In this document: piece after piece, positions 54,870 to 64,000 of the stretch
How the letters are laid out: every line of letters starts with the position of its first letter
How positions within the stretch are numbered: position 1 is the stretch's first letter
DNA from: Basidiobolus meristosporus CBS 931.73
Taxonomy: Eukaryota; Fungi; Basidiobolomycota
Direction: 5' to 3'
NCBI GenBank assembly: GCA_002104905.1
Contig: MCFE01000105.1
Location: 106,904 to 170,903, forward strand
DNA length: 64,000 nucleotides
The notes under the pieces: generated by a model
The model's database searches: none
What the model was told of the DNA's origin: nothing
What the model saw: the letters and a program-made list of their open reading frames with translations, nothing else
Made by a program: the position numbers and the translations under genes

Positions 54870-55160
54870 CTAGTGGAGGTTCCCGACCTTTGAACGCCAT
54901 ATCCGGGCTCTTTCAAAGCCGTTGACTCCCATGCTATAGTCAGTAAACATCTGTAAAAATCACTGGAATGGTTCATGACAAATGGGCCGTGTTGGACAAT
55001 AGGTACTCTGATGGGCTCACCAGCAACAAGTACCAAGTGGACGGCAGTGTCTCCGGTCTCCATACTGATCACGTCACCTTCTTCGCTCAAAGTCAACGTA
55101 TGATGCGCCTGGCCCAGTGTGCGCTCGGATCCAAATAGTGACCAGATATGACTTTGATGA
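54870..55160 (-). pseudogene. Pirin C-terminal fragment (5'-truncated, frame-disrupted)
   Basis: HHTLTLSEEGD..VHLVLVAGEPIRVPIVQHGPFVMN, then in a shifted frame MFTDYSMGVNGFERARIWRSKVGNLH*. No N-terminal cupin was found upstream. Confidence 0.8.
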
Positions 55161-55849
55161 CGGCTCAAACGGAATTGGCTGATAAGAGCACTATGAATGA
55201 TTCCATGGTTTCATTTATTGGCCAGAGAATGATTGAATCTGGTTCAGAAAATTCCAGTTCCAATGTATAATATGCGCAGTTTAATTGAGTGAAGTGTTTA
55301 TAAGAGGGAATATCAGAATAGATTAGTCAAGAACAGAAGAAATCCCTGGTAACTTCTGTATCATTCCATTAGAAAATTGACTCTACAATTGCTTCCTCAT
55401 GGAGCGCTTATTGTATTGAGTAAATTCCCGGACTAGTAGGAATAAGGGTTAGCCTTATAGGGTTAGGGGGGAAGCAGTCACCAACAGGTGAAATCTTTAT
55501 TTCAAATGAAACAAAGAAGCCAGCGCTACTGTTGTAGCTTTGATACAAGAGTGTGTAGCTGAGGTGAATTGGTCAGTAACTGTAAAAAAATTAAGAAAAG
55601 GCCAGCAGGATACCATCATAATATCAGCTGAATTCCAAGTTTCTCAAAACTGACAACTCTCAATATCTCAGATACTAGCTGTTGGGCAGACAAGCAGATT
55701 TATTTTCCAAGAGGAGACTAGGCCAAATAGCATTCACACTAAATTTGGCAATCAGCTGCCTACAACTTCTACCAAAAATTGCAATTGAAAACTTAAACAA
55801 AAACACTAGCTGAATCCCAGCAAAGTACCATTAGAATACCAGCAGAATA

Positions 55850-56181
55850 TGTTGTAAGAGTCTTGGAGATATTGGAAGTGATTGGGAGAACAAGTAGATT
55901 ATGTGGTTTTCACTTAATGATTTATTGATTGTAAAAGTAGTATTTATACTTTTACCTGGTCTTGGCATAACAAACACGTAGAATAGGTTAAGGAAGGTCC
56001 CAAGAACATGTGTGCAAAGTTTGGGGCTGTTTGGACAACTTTGAGAATTTTCATGTTCTGGGTAAATATTCTAAGTAAATCCCGACAAGGAATTTGGTCA
56101 GTATTTTCTAGGATTTGAAGGTTATGATCTAAGTGACTAAGTTAGGTGAATAATTAGGTGGAAATACAAATTTTTACAACA
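55850..56181 (-). repeat. Copia 3' LTR (332 bp, TGTTGTAA...TTACAACA termini)
   Basis: 8-bp terminal inverted repeat. Aligns without indels to 63458-63784. Left flank GAATA is the candidate TSD. Confidence 0.93.
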
Positions 56182-56190
56182 CTCCCACTC
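56182..56190 (-). promoter_or_regulatory. Copia polypurine tract (GAGTGGGAG)
   Basis: Purine-rich run immediately before the TGTTG of the 3' LTR on the minus strand. Confidence 0.75.
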
Positions 56191-56192
56191 AG

Positions 56193-59100
56193 CTAAATGT
56201 TCATACTGACTAGTCCTAATTTTGACCTAAGATATTCAAACTTGTCTCTAGCTAATGGTTTGGTAAATATGTCTGCAATCATTTCATCTGTAGGACAGTA
56301 AACTAAGCTAACTAAGTTATTCTCTATAGCTTCACATATGAAATGATGTCTAATATCTATGTGCTTGGTTCTAGCATGAAAAGTTGGATTTCTACCTAAT
56401 TGTATACATCCTTGATTATCTTGAAATAAAGTAATAGGCGTTTTTTGACATAGGCCTAAATCTGTAAACAGTTTTCTTAACCACATTGCTTCTTTTGTAG
56501 CCTCACAGGCTGCCATATACTCTGCCTCTGTGGTGGAAAGTGCTACGGTTGGTTGTTTTCTTGAATTCCATGAAATTGCTCCTTTACAGTAAAGAAAGGT
56601 GTATCCTGTGGTGGATCTTCTGTCTTCCAAATTTTGTCCCCAATCAGCATCAGAGTATCCCACAAGATCCTGTTCTGAATCCTTATAAGTGTATCTTAAG
56701 CAGATATCAGCAGTTCCTTTTAGGTATCTAAAAATCCGCTTAACTGCTGCAATATGATCAGATCCATAATTCTGATTATGTTGGCTGACAACTCCCACTG
56801 AATATGAGATATCTGGACGTGTTCCAAGCATGATATACATCAGACTGCCGACCATAGATTGATAAGGAAAGTCAGGGCTTTCAGATGGCACCAAGCTCTC
56901 TTGATTTGGTTGAGTTTTGACCAAGTTAAGGTTTGTCTCCATTGGGGTAGCTGCTGGTTTACAGTCTTCCATTTTGTACTTCTTTAGTATATCTTGAATA
57001 TACTTGGATTGGCTTAGGGTGATAGTCTGGGTATTTCTGTCTATGGAGAACTTAATTCCTAAGTAGTAACTAAGTTCTCCTAGATCGGACATCTTGAACT
57101 CCTTATATAGGCTGGATTTAGTCTCTTCCAATGTTTCTAGGTTATTGGCGGCTATAATAAGATCATCCACATATAGAGCTAATAGAACTGGATTTGCTCT
57201 ATCTGGCTTATAGTATATACTATAGTCAGCATTACTTCTTTTGAAACTCAAGGATTCCAAATAAGAATCTATCTTGCAATTCCAGGCTCTTGGTGATTGT
57301 TTGAGACCATATAGTGACTTTTTAAGCTTGCAGACCAAATGGGGGTTATCTTGGTCAACAAACCCATCAGGCTGGTCCATATACACGTCCTCATCAAGTT
57401 CTCCATTCAAAAATGCAGTTTTTACATCCATTTGATGAATAAAAAACTTATATTTGGCTGCAATAGCCAATATTAATCTGATGGAATTAAACTTGGCTAC
57501 CGGTGCAAAGGTCTCAGTATAGTCAAGTCCTTTTGTTTGAGAGTATCCTTTGGCTACAAGTCTTGCTTTGTATCTTTCAATTGTACCATCAGCCTTGTAT
57601 TTTGTCTTGAAGACCCATCTGCATCCAATTGATTTTTGGCTGATTGGTAATTTGACTAAGTCCCAAGTTTGATTTTCCATCAGTGCCTGATATTCCTCAG
57701 TCATTGCAGATCTCCAAAACTTTGTCTGAGGGCTATTTAGGGCCTCTTTTACAGTCTGGGGTTCATCAATATGGACTGAATAGGCATAGGCTAAGTTTGT
57801 ACCCTCATTGATATAGTAATTTCGGCTATTTCTTGTCCGATTTGATCTCCAGGCATTTGATACTGGAATGATCACTTCTGGGATATTCCTGGGCACTGAT
57901 TCTGGCTGAACCATGGTTGTAGAGTCCTCTGGAGTGAAAAAATTTTCATTGTTTTGCTCTGATTCAATCCTGACAATTGGTGGACTTGAGATCAAATTTT
58001 TGTCATCATCTGATGTCATTTTTTGTGAAAATTTTGAATTTTCATCAAACAACACATCCCTGGACTTGATAAGCTTCTTTGCTTTGTTATTGTAGAGTCT
58101 GTATGCCTTACTCTCATTGCAGTAGCCCAAAAATATGCATTTTACACTTTTTAGCTCAAATTTTGACTGATTTCCGGCCAGTTTTTTGGCATATGCTGTA
58201 CACCCAAATATTCTTAGATGTTCTGCACTTGGTCTGTATCCATACCATGCTTCAAATGGAGTAGAATCACAAAGTATTCTGTTATAACTCCTATTTTTAA
58301 GATATACAGCAGTGGCAACTGATTCCGCCCAAAAATCATAGGATAATTTTTGATCATGGATCATAGATCTTGCCATATCAATTATTGATCTGTTAGCTTG
58401 TTCTGATACTCCATTTTGCTGTGGGGAGTATGGTACAGTAGTCTCTTGCTTTATCCCATGAACTTTGCAGAAGTGGATGAAGAGTTTTGAGGTATATTCT
58501 CCACCATTGTCAGAGCGTATTTTCTTGATTTTTTCACCAGTTTCTCTCTCCACCATGGCTTTAAACTCCCTGAACTTAGACAGAGCTTCTTCCTTTCTCT
58601 CCATGAAGTAGACCCATGTGTATCTTGTATAATCATCAATAAAAGTGATTAAATACTTCATCCCACCTAAGGATAAATTTTGCATAGGTCCACACAGATC
58701 TGAGTGAATTAGATCTAATTTTTTCTTAGTTTTGATTAACCCAGAGCTCTTGAACGGTTGTCTGGCTTGTTTCCCATATATGCAGGCTTCACAGTGCTCC
58801 AAATTAGCTGGGGGATCAATTTTCACTCCAGAAATTAGCTGATCTTTGATCATTTTACGCAAATAATCAAAATTGATGTGTCTAAATCTCCTGTGCCAAA
58901 GCATTGGTGTTTCTTCATTTAAGTTACTTATATTGGCTTCCAGATATGATGGAATATAAGTCAACTTGTATAGATTCTGATCTCTGATGCCCGATGCAAT
59001 ATGAGCACCATTTTGATCAGTGATCCTGCATCCAGAATTGTCAAGACTGAAACTGAGTCCTTCTGCTGTGGCCTTGCTTACAGAGAGTAGGTTCTTGGCT

Positions 59101-59557
59101 ATTGCTGGTACATAGAGTACTTCTTTAAAGGTCAGTGTATGGCTTCCTTTGCTGCTTCTAAGGTTTACTTGGATAGTTCCTTCTCCCACTGCATCAAGTG
59201 TTCTATTGTCACCCATCAAAACCTTCTTAATTGGAATATCTTGATATTGGGTAAAAAGTTCTTTTTGGTGTGTAAAGTGTTGAGAAGCTCCAGAGTCAAT
59301 ATACCATGTCTGAGAATCCTTGTTTGTGGTCATATTTAGTGCAGATATGAATAGTCTATCTTCAGTTGTTGCAGCATTTCCATATTCAGGCTTCTTTTGC
59401 TGATAATCTCTCTTTTTCAAACACCGGTCTGATGTGTGTCCTTTCCTTTTGCAGTAGTTGCAAAATAGGTTGTTGTTGCCTTTGTAGGGTCTTGGGTACC
59501 TCTTTTGTTGGTTATCATTGCTTAATGAAGCATTTGCTTCTTCCTTCTTATTGGCGC
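56193..59557 (-). pseudogene. Copia gag zinc knuckle and pol (PR, IN, RT, RNase H), open but cut off from the gag start
   Basis: CNYCKRKGHTSDRC, WYIDSGASQHF, HSDLCGP, SDNGGEY, PQQNGVSE, QMDVKTAFLNG, LYVDDL, GYSDADW, STTEAEY. Confidence 0.95.
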
Positions 59558-60361
59558 TGTGGTGGTGTAGAGGTACTCCTGGGAGAAGCTACACAACTCA
59601 AGGTGTGTGAGGTGTCTGATGGGTGCAATAACCTCTGTGTCTAAACTGCTGGTGTCTTTGTCAATATGTTACTATGGTAAAAGCTCCTGCTTCTCTAGCT
59701 TCCTAGGTGCTCCAAGTGTCTCCAAAGGCCTCTGTGTGTCTTGTGCACTACCCTGAAAAGCTCCTTGATGGCAGGTCTGAGATGTACTGTTGAAGGCAGG
59801 TGCAGTGATCAGCTGCTAATCAATAAGGAAGAAGTGTTACTGATAGAAGGGATGATTTATTGATGAGGGATTACTTTCCCTTAAATACTTTTCCTGATTG
59901 CCAAGTGATTACTAATAACAAGGTTCTAGAACATTCTAGGTATCAGTGGAATTCTTGATGACATCACAATGAGCTAAAATATGCCAAGAATGTCCTGGAA
60001 GGATCTAAAGGGCACAGCACATCCAACCAATCAGGAATCAGTAGTCTGAAACCTGTGCAACATAGAAATACCATATATGGTATTGAAATGGTAGAGATGG
60101 TAACACAGACCTAGGTCATGTGTCACGGGTACTGACGCGGGTACTTGCCTTATACAGATACATCAACTGATCACAAAGCTGAATAACATCTGGAAATAAC
60201 TAATGCTAATAACTAATCAGGGTAAACATCATATGGGGATAATACTGATAATATGGGCAAAAGAAGAATGGGATAATACTGATAAGATAAAATATGGATA
60301 AGTATATCATAATGACTATATGAATAAACTTGTCTGTGGGAGGTATGTTTACCCTACCACA
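59558..60361 (-). repeat. 3' LTR of the nested element (804 bp)
   Basis: TGTGGT/ACCACA termini. Purine/G-rich PPT-like AAGTGGGGGGTGGA abuts it on the minus strand (60362-60375). Confidence 0.85.
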
Positions 60362-60439
60362 TCCACCCCCCACTTGAGCTAAAAAGTTTCAGGGAACTTT
60401 TTAGCTAACCACTGTAAGTTTGGAGAACAAAGTGCTCTC

Positions 60440-62296
60440 TCAGTCTTCCTCAATGAAGCCACCTGTCCTTTCTTGAGATAGAAATCTACATGATGTCATT
60501 GATTGGATATTGTTTGAGTCCACACCACAGAAGGTTGCTGTTAGTCCTGGGCTCTCTGAGTATATAGTATACCATGCTGAACCATCTGGGTAGTTCACTG
60601 CAGTTGCTCTTGCTTTTACTTCCCATGGTCTTCCAAGAAGTAATTCAAAGTTAGCCTTTGCACAAATGAATACTGGGATCTCATGGGGTATTCCTTCAAT
60701 GATGAGAGGGAAGCTGTGAATAATTCCTAAAAGCTCTGATTGCCCTGAGTTGGCATCCTTCATGCTCCAATTGATATTGGTGTCTATGGGCAATAGGTCT
60801 TTGCATGGTAGTTGTTTCCAAGCCTCCAAAGGCATCACACATATCTCAGATCCACTGTCTATATGACATAGGATTTCTTGATTATGCACAGTTCCTGTAG
60901 TTGTTGCAGTTGCCACTGAGTAGTAGTGTTTCTGGCTTTGATGCAGCTTACTGATATCTTGGCTTCCTTGAACTGTCCTGACCTGGTTGCCTTGAGTTGC
61001 TTCAATTGGATGCTTTCTTATTCTGATATGCTCATCCAGAGTCTTTCTTACAGATGGTGATACACTGAGTAGCTCTCCAACCTTGATTGATATGTTGCTT
61101 CCTAGTATATGACTTGTCAGAGCCTCTGGGGTACCATTTTGCTTGACTCTAGGCTGCATGTGGTAGTTGTTGGCCTTGGCAGACTCTTGTAAAATTAATG
61201 GGGGTGATGCTTTCTTCTCAATCACAACTTCTGGCTCACATCTTAGTACTTTTGTTGCTGGGCCTGGATTAGCCATTTTTTCAGGATGGTGTCTCTTTGA
61301 AGCATAAATTGAAGCTATATGATCTTGGGCCTCTCTGGGGTCCTCATAGTCAAAGTTCAGAACTTCAGCTGGATCAAAGTAGTCAGGATCTTCTTCTTCA
61401 TGGAGGTGAACCTTTCTTGTTTGAGAGGTGACTTGCTTGTAGTGAACTCTCATTCCTCCTTGTCCAAATGCTGTGGATAATTTGTCACCATGCTTACTGA
61501 CTATGTATCCCTGAGGACTATATAGGACATCACCTGTGGATAGTAATGACTGAAGCTCTTGGCAATTTCTCTTGGAATGGTTGGCAGAGTCACACCACAT
61601 GCATGTATATTTGACTTCTTTCTCTACTGGCTTCTGACCATATGCTTTGCTGGCAAGTAGCAAAGAGAGTTTCTCTAGTTGCTGTGTTGGCTCCTGAATT
61701 TGAGTGCTTTGATTGCTGGGATTAAGTATGTCTTGGCTATCTTGGTTTTGTTCTGGGCTTAAAAGAAGCTTTCTGATTGGTGAGGTTTCTTCAGGGGCAA
61801 GTAGAATCTGCTTAGCTAACTGAAATGCAGGCAGTGAACTCATAGCTTTCACAGTAGGATTGTTTTCAATCCTTCTCACCAGGCCTTCTGGTAGTGCTCT
61901 GAGCAGATAGGCAGATAAAGTCAGATCAGTGATAATGCCTTGGGCTTTCAGTGACTCTCCAATTTGCTCAAGGCCACTCAAGTATTCTTTCAATGGTAGC
62001 AGCTTAAACTTGCTATAAGCAAAGTTCTCCAAGTCTTTAAGTGTGTAGTCAACTTGTCTCTCTCCGTATTCATCAATCAAGTAGCTCTTCAAGAGGGTCC
62101 AATTTGTCAGCAGATCATTTCTTTCATATAAAGAGAGCATGATCTCATCAGTGCTGTAGGGGGGCATCTCTTCAGCCATAATGGCCTCAGGTATTTTGTG
62201 GGCTCTGCAGAAAAGTTCCCACCTCTTGATGAAAGCTTTGACTTTAGTTCCATCAAAGAAAGGGGTTCCTTGCATTCCTGGTAAAGGTAGATCCAT
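60440..62296 (-). CDS. Gag-aspartic protease polyprotein of the nested element (618 aa, intact, no RT/IN)
   Basis: PFFDGTKVKAFI gag start, CMWCDSANHSKRNC zinc knuckle, HIDSGSEIC catalytic motif, ELLLGRPW. Confidence 0.88.
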   Translation of the reverse strand: MDLPLPGMQGTPFFDGTKVKAFIKRWELFCRAHKIPEAIMAEEMPPYSTDEIMLSLYERNDLLTNWTLLKSYLIDEYGERQVDYTLKDLENFAYSKFKLLPLKEYLSGLEQIGESLKAQGIITDLTLSAYLLRALPEGLVRRIENNPTVKAMSSLPAFQLAKQILLAPEETSPIRKLLLSPEQNQDSQDILNPSNQSTQIQEPTQQLEKLSLLLASKAYGQKPVEKEVKYTCMWCDSANHSKRNCQELQSLLSTGDVLYSPQGYIVSKHGDKLSTAFGQGGMRVHYKQVTSQTRKVHLHEEEDPDYFDPAEVLNFDYEDPREAQDHIASIYASKRHHPEKMANPGPATKVLRCEPEVVIEKKASPPLILQESAKANNYHMQPRVKQNGTPEALTSHILGSNISIKVGELLSVSPSVRKTLDEHIRIRKHPIEATQGNQVRTVQGSQDISKLHQSQKHYYSVATATTTGTVHNQEILCHIDSGSEICVMPLEAWKQLPCKDLLPIDTNINWSMKDANSGQSELLGIIHSFPLIIEGIPHEIPVFICAKANFELLLGRPWEVKARATAVNYPDGSAWYTIYSESPGLTATFCGVDSNNIQSMTSCRFLSQERTGGFIEED

Positions 62297-62347
62297 GGTC
62301 TTGATAATTTGTTCTTTCTTAAGTCTTCTAGGGGCAGTTCAGTCAAA

Positions 62348-62365
62348 CCCCCCCGTTGGGTGCCA
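62348..62365 (-). promoter_or_regulatory. Primer-binding site of the nested element (TGGCACCCAACGGGGGGG), tRNA-Lys-like
   Basis: Lies 4 nt after the LTR end. Resembles the tRNA-Lys1,2 PBS TGGCGCCCAACGTGGGGC. Confidence 0.65.
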
Positions 62366-62369
62366 AATA

Positions 62370-62842
62370 TGTGGTGGTGTAGAGGTACTCCTGGGAGAAG
62401 CTACACAACTCAAGGTGTGTGAGGTGTCTGATGGGTGCAATAACCTCTGTGTCTAAACTGCTGGTGTCTTTGTCAATATGTTACTATGGTAAAAGCTCCT
62501 GCTTCTCTAGCTTCCTAGGTGCTCCAAGTGTCTCCAAAGGCCTCTGTGTGTCTTGTGCACTACCCTGAAAAGCTCCTTGATTAGCAGTTGATCACTGCAC
62601 CTGCCTTCAACAGTACATCTCAGACCTGCCATCAAGGAGCTTTTCAGGGTAGTGCACAAGACACACAGAGGCCTTTGGAGACACTTGGAGCACCTAGGAA
62701 GCTAGAGAAGCAGGAGCTTTTACCATAGTAACATATTGACAAAGACACCAGCAGTTTAGACACAGAGGTTATTGCACCCATCAGACACCTCACACACCTT
62801 GAGTTGTGTAGCTTCTCCCAGGAGTACCTCTACACCACCACA
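62370..62842. repeat. Fold-back palindrome replacing the 5' LTR: 212-bp perfect inverted arms (62370-62581 and 62631-62842) with a 49-bp spacer
   Basis: The arms are exact reverse complements by direct comparison. The left arm is identical to 59558-59769. Confidence 0.93.
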
Positions 62843-62846
62843 GCGC

Positions 62847-63426
62847 TTGATTTTCTTAATTCTTCATCCAGGAGCCTTCCATATACGTAGTTTAAGGTCA
62901 AATCTTCAGTTCTGGACTCTAGGGCTGATACAAGGCCCTGAAACTTGTCTGTCAGGCTATTCAGGATGGTAACTATCACATCCTCATCAGTAGTTGGTAT
63001 GCCAACAGATTCCATCTCATCTACCAGCAGGGTAATTCTGTTAATTAGATTTTTCATTTCTTCTCCTGGCAGCATCTTTGTAGTAAAGAATTTTCTTCTA
63101 AGATACATTTTCTTGGCAGCTGAACATGACTGGTAGGTGTCTTCTAATGCCTTCCAGGCATTCTTTGCCGTTTATGCTCTTGAGCATTGAATTAGCAATT
63201 TGTCCTTGACATTAAGGCAAATGCAGTTAAAGGCACTTTGTTCTTTCTTCTGGTACTTCAAGGCTTCCTCTCCCACGTTTTTGGGAGGGCATTCTTCTCC
63301 CATGACAATATCCCAAAGGCCTCTTTCTTGTAGCAGCATCTTCATCTTCACCTTCCACACTTGGTAGTTAGATCCATCCAACTTTTCAGCAGAGGGAAAA
63401 ATTCCAGTAATAGCAGTAGTAGACAT
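62847..63426 (-). pseudogene. 5' part of Copia gag (UBN2-type), with a premature TAA at 63172-63174
   Basis: KLDGSNYQVWKVKMKMLL, then RA*TAKNAWKALEDTY in frame, continuing MYLRRKFF...RLLDEE. Confidence 0.9.
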
Positions 63427-63445
63427 TGCAGAGAGTGACAGCTCA

Positions 63446-63457
63446 GGGCTCATAACC
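63446..63457 (-). promoter_or_regulatory. Copia primer-binding site GGTTATGAGCCC (half-tRNAiMet type)
   Basis: Directly follows the LTR-terminal CAACA. Resembles the GGTTATGGGCCC PBS of copia-type elements. Confidence 0.8.
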
Positions 63458-63784
63458 TGTTGTAAGAGTCTTGGAGATATTGGAAGTGATTGGGAGGACA
63501 AGTAGATTATGTGGTTTTCACTTGATGATTTATTGAATGTAAAAGTAGTATTTATACTTTTACATGATCTTGGCATTATAAACATGTAGAATAGGTTAAG
63601 AAAGGTCCCAAGAACATGTGTGCAAAGTTTGGGGCTGTTTGGACAACTTTGAGAATTTTCATGTTCTGGGTAAATATTCTAAGTAAATCCCGACAAGGAA
63701 TTTGGTCAGTATTTTCTAGGATTTGAAGGTTATGATCTAAGTGACTAAGTTAGGTGAATAATTAGGTGGAAATACAAATTTTTA
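63458..63784 (-). repeat. Copia 5' LTR, lacking its outer 5 bp (CAACA on the + strand)
   Basis: Matches 55850-56176 with 9 substitutions, then runs into TTAGGG repeats. Confidence 0.93.
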
Positions 63785-64000
63785 GGGTTAGGGTTAGGGT
63801 TAGGGTTAGGGTTAGGGTTAGGGTTAGGGTTAGGGTTAGGGTTAGGGTTAGGGTTAGGGTTAGGGTTAGGGTTAGGGTTAGGGTTAGGGTTAGGGTTAGG
63901 GTTAGGGTTAGGGTTAGGGTTAGGGTTAGGGTTAGGGTTAGGGTTAGGGTTAGGGTTAGGGTTAGGGTTAGGGTTAGGGTTAGGGTTAGGGTTAGGGTTA
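63782..64000 (+). repeat. Telomeric array (TTAGGG)n, about 36.5 units to the window end
   Basis: Perfect hexamer repeat, G-rich strand running 5'->3' toward the end. Confidence 0.99.

Larger units (their letters stand above)
59558..62842 (-). mobile_element. Nested non-autonomous LTR retroelement (gag-protease only, Ty3/Gypsy-like) with 4-bp TSD GCGC
   Basis: TGTGGT...ACCACA termini, GCGC at 59554-59557 and 62843-62846. Removing the insert restores the Copia gag frame (ELRKSSANKKEE). Confidence 0.9.
55850..63784 (-). mobile_element. Ty1/Copia LTR retrotransposon, inactivated (nonsense codon and nested insertion), 5' LTR capped by the telomere
   Basis: Two direct LTRs, PBS GGTTATGAGCCC, PPT, and domain order gag-PR-IN-RT-RH. 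Confidence 0.96.

Noticed and set aside
55440-55475. TAGGGTTAGGGGG telomere-like bit
   Set aside because: Fewer than two full units, so compatible with chance.

Overview
Terminal 64 kb of a fungal chromosome arm, ending in about 36 (TTAGGG) repeats. Short GT-AG introns, Mago nashi, ITFG1/LINKIN and an M13 peptidase suggest an early-diverging fungus; the species cannot be named from sequence alone. Positions 1-53.5 kb are gene-dense with about 29 protein-coding genes, mostly housekeeping. Two of them are missing from the ORF track (BolA2-like and RPL41), and Get5 and Mago lack their true first exons there. The region also holds an intronless, bacterial-looking H+-coupled DAACS transporter, an atypical GATA(C3H)+PHD protein and two paralogous F-box/LRR genes. 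From about 54 kb the sequence is CpG-depleted and repeat-derived. It contains an LTR relic, a pirin fragment and a Ty1/Copia element (55850-63784, minus strand). A young gag-protease-only LTR element (59558-62842, GCGC TSD) is nested in the Copia gag; its 5' LTR is replaced by a perfect 212-bp fold-back palindrome. The telomere is joined directly onto the Copia 5' LTR, 5 bp short of its end. Exon boundaries were read by eye and some 5' ends are uncertain.
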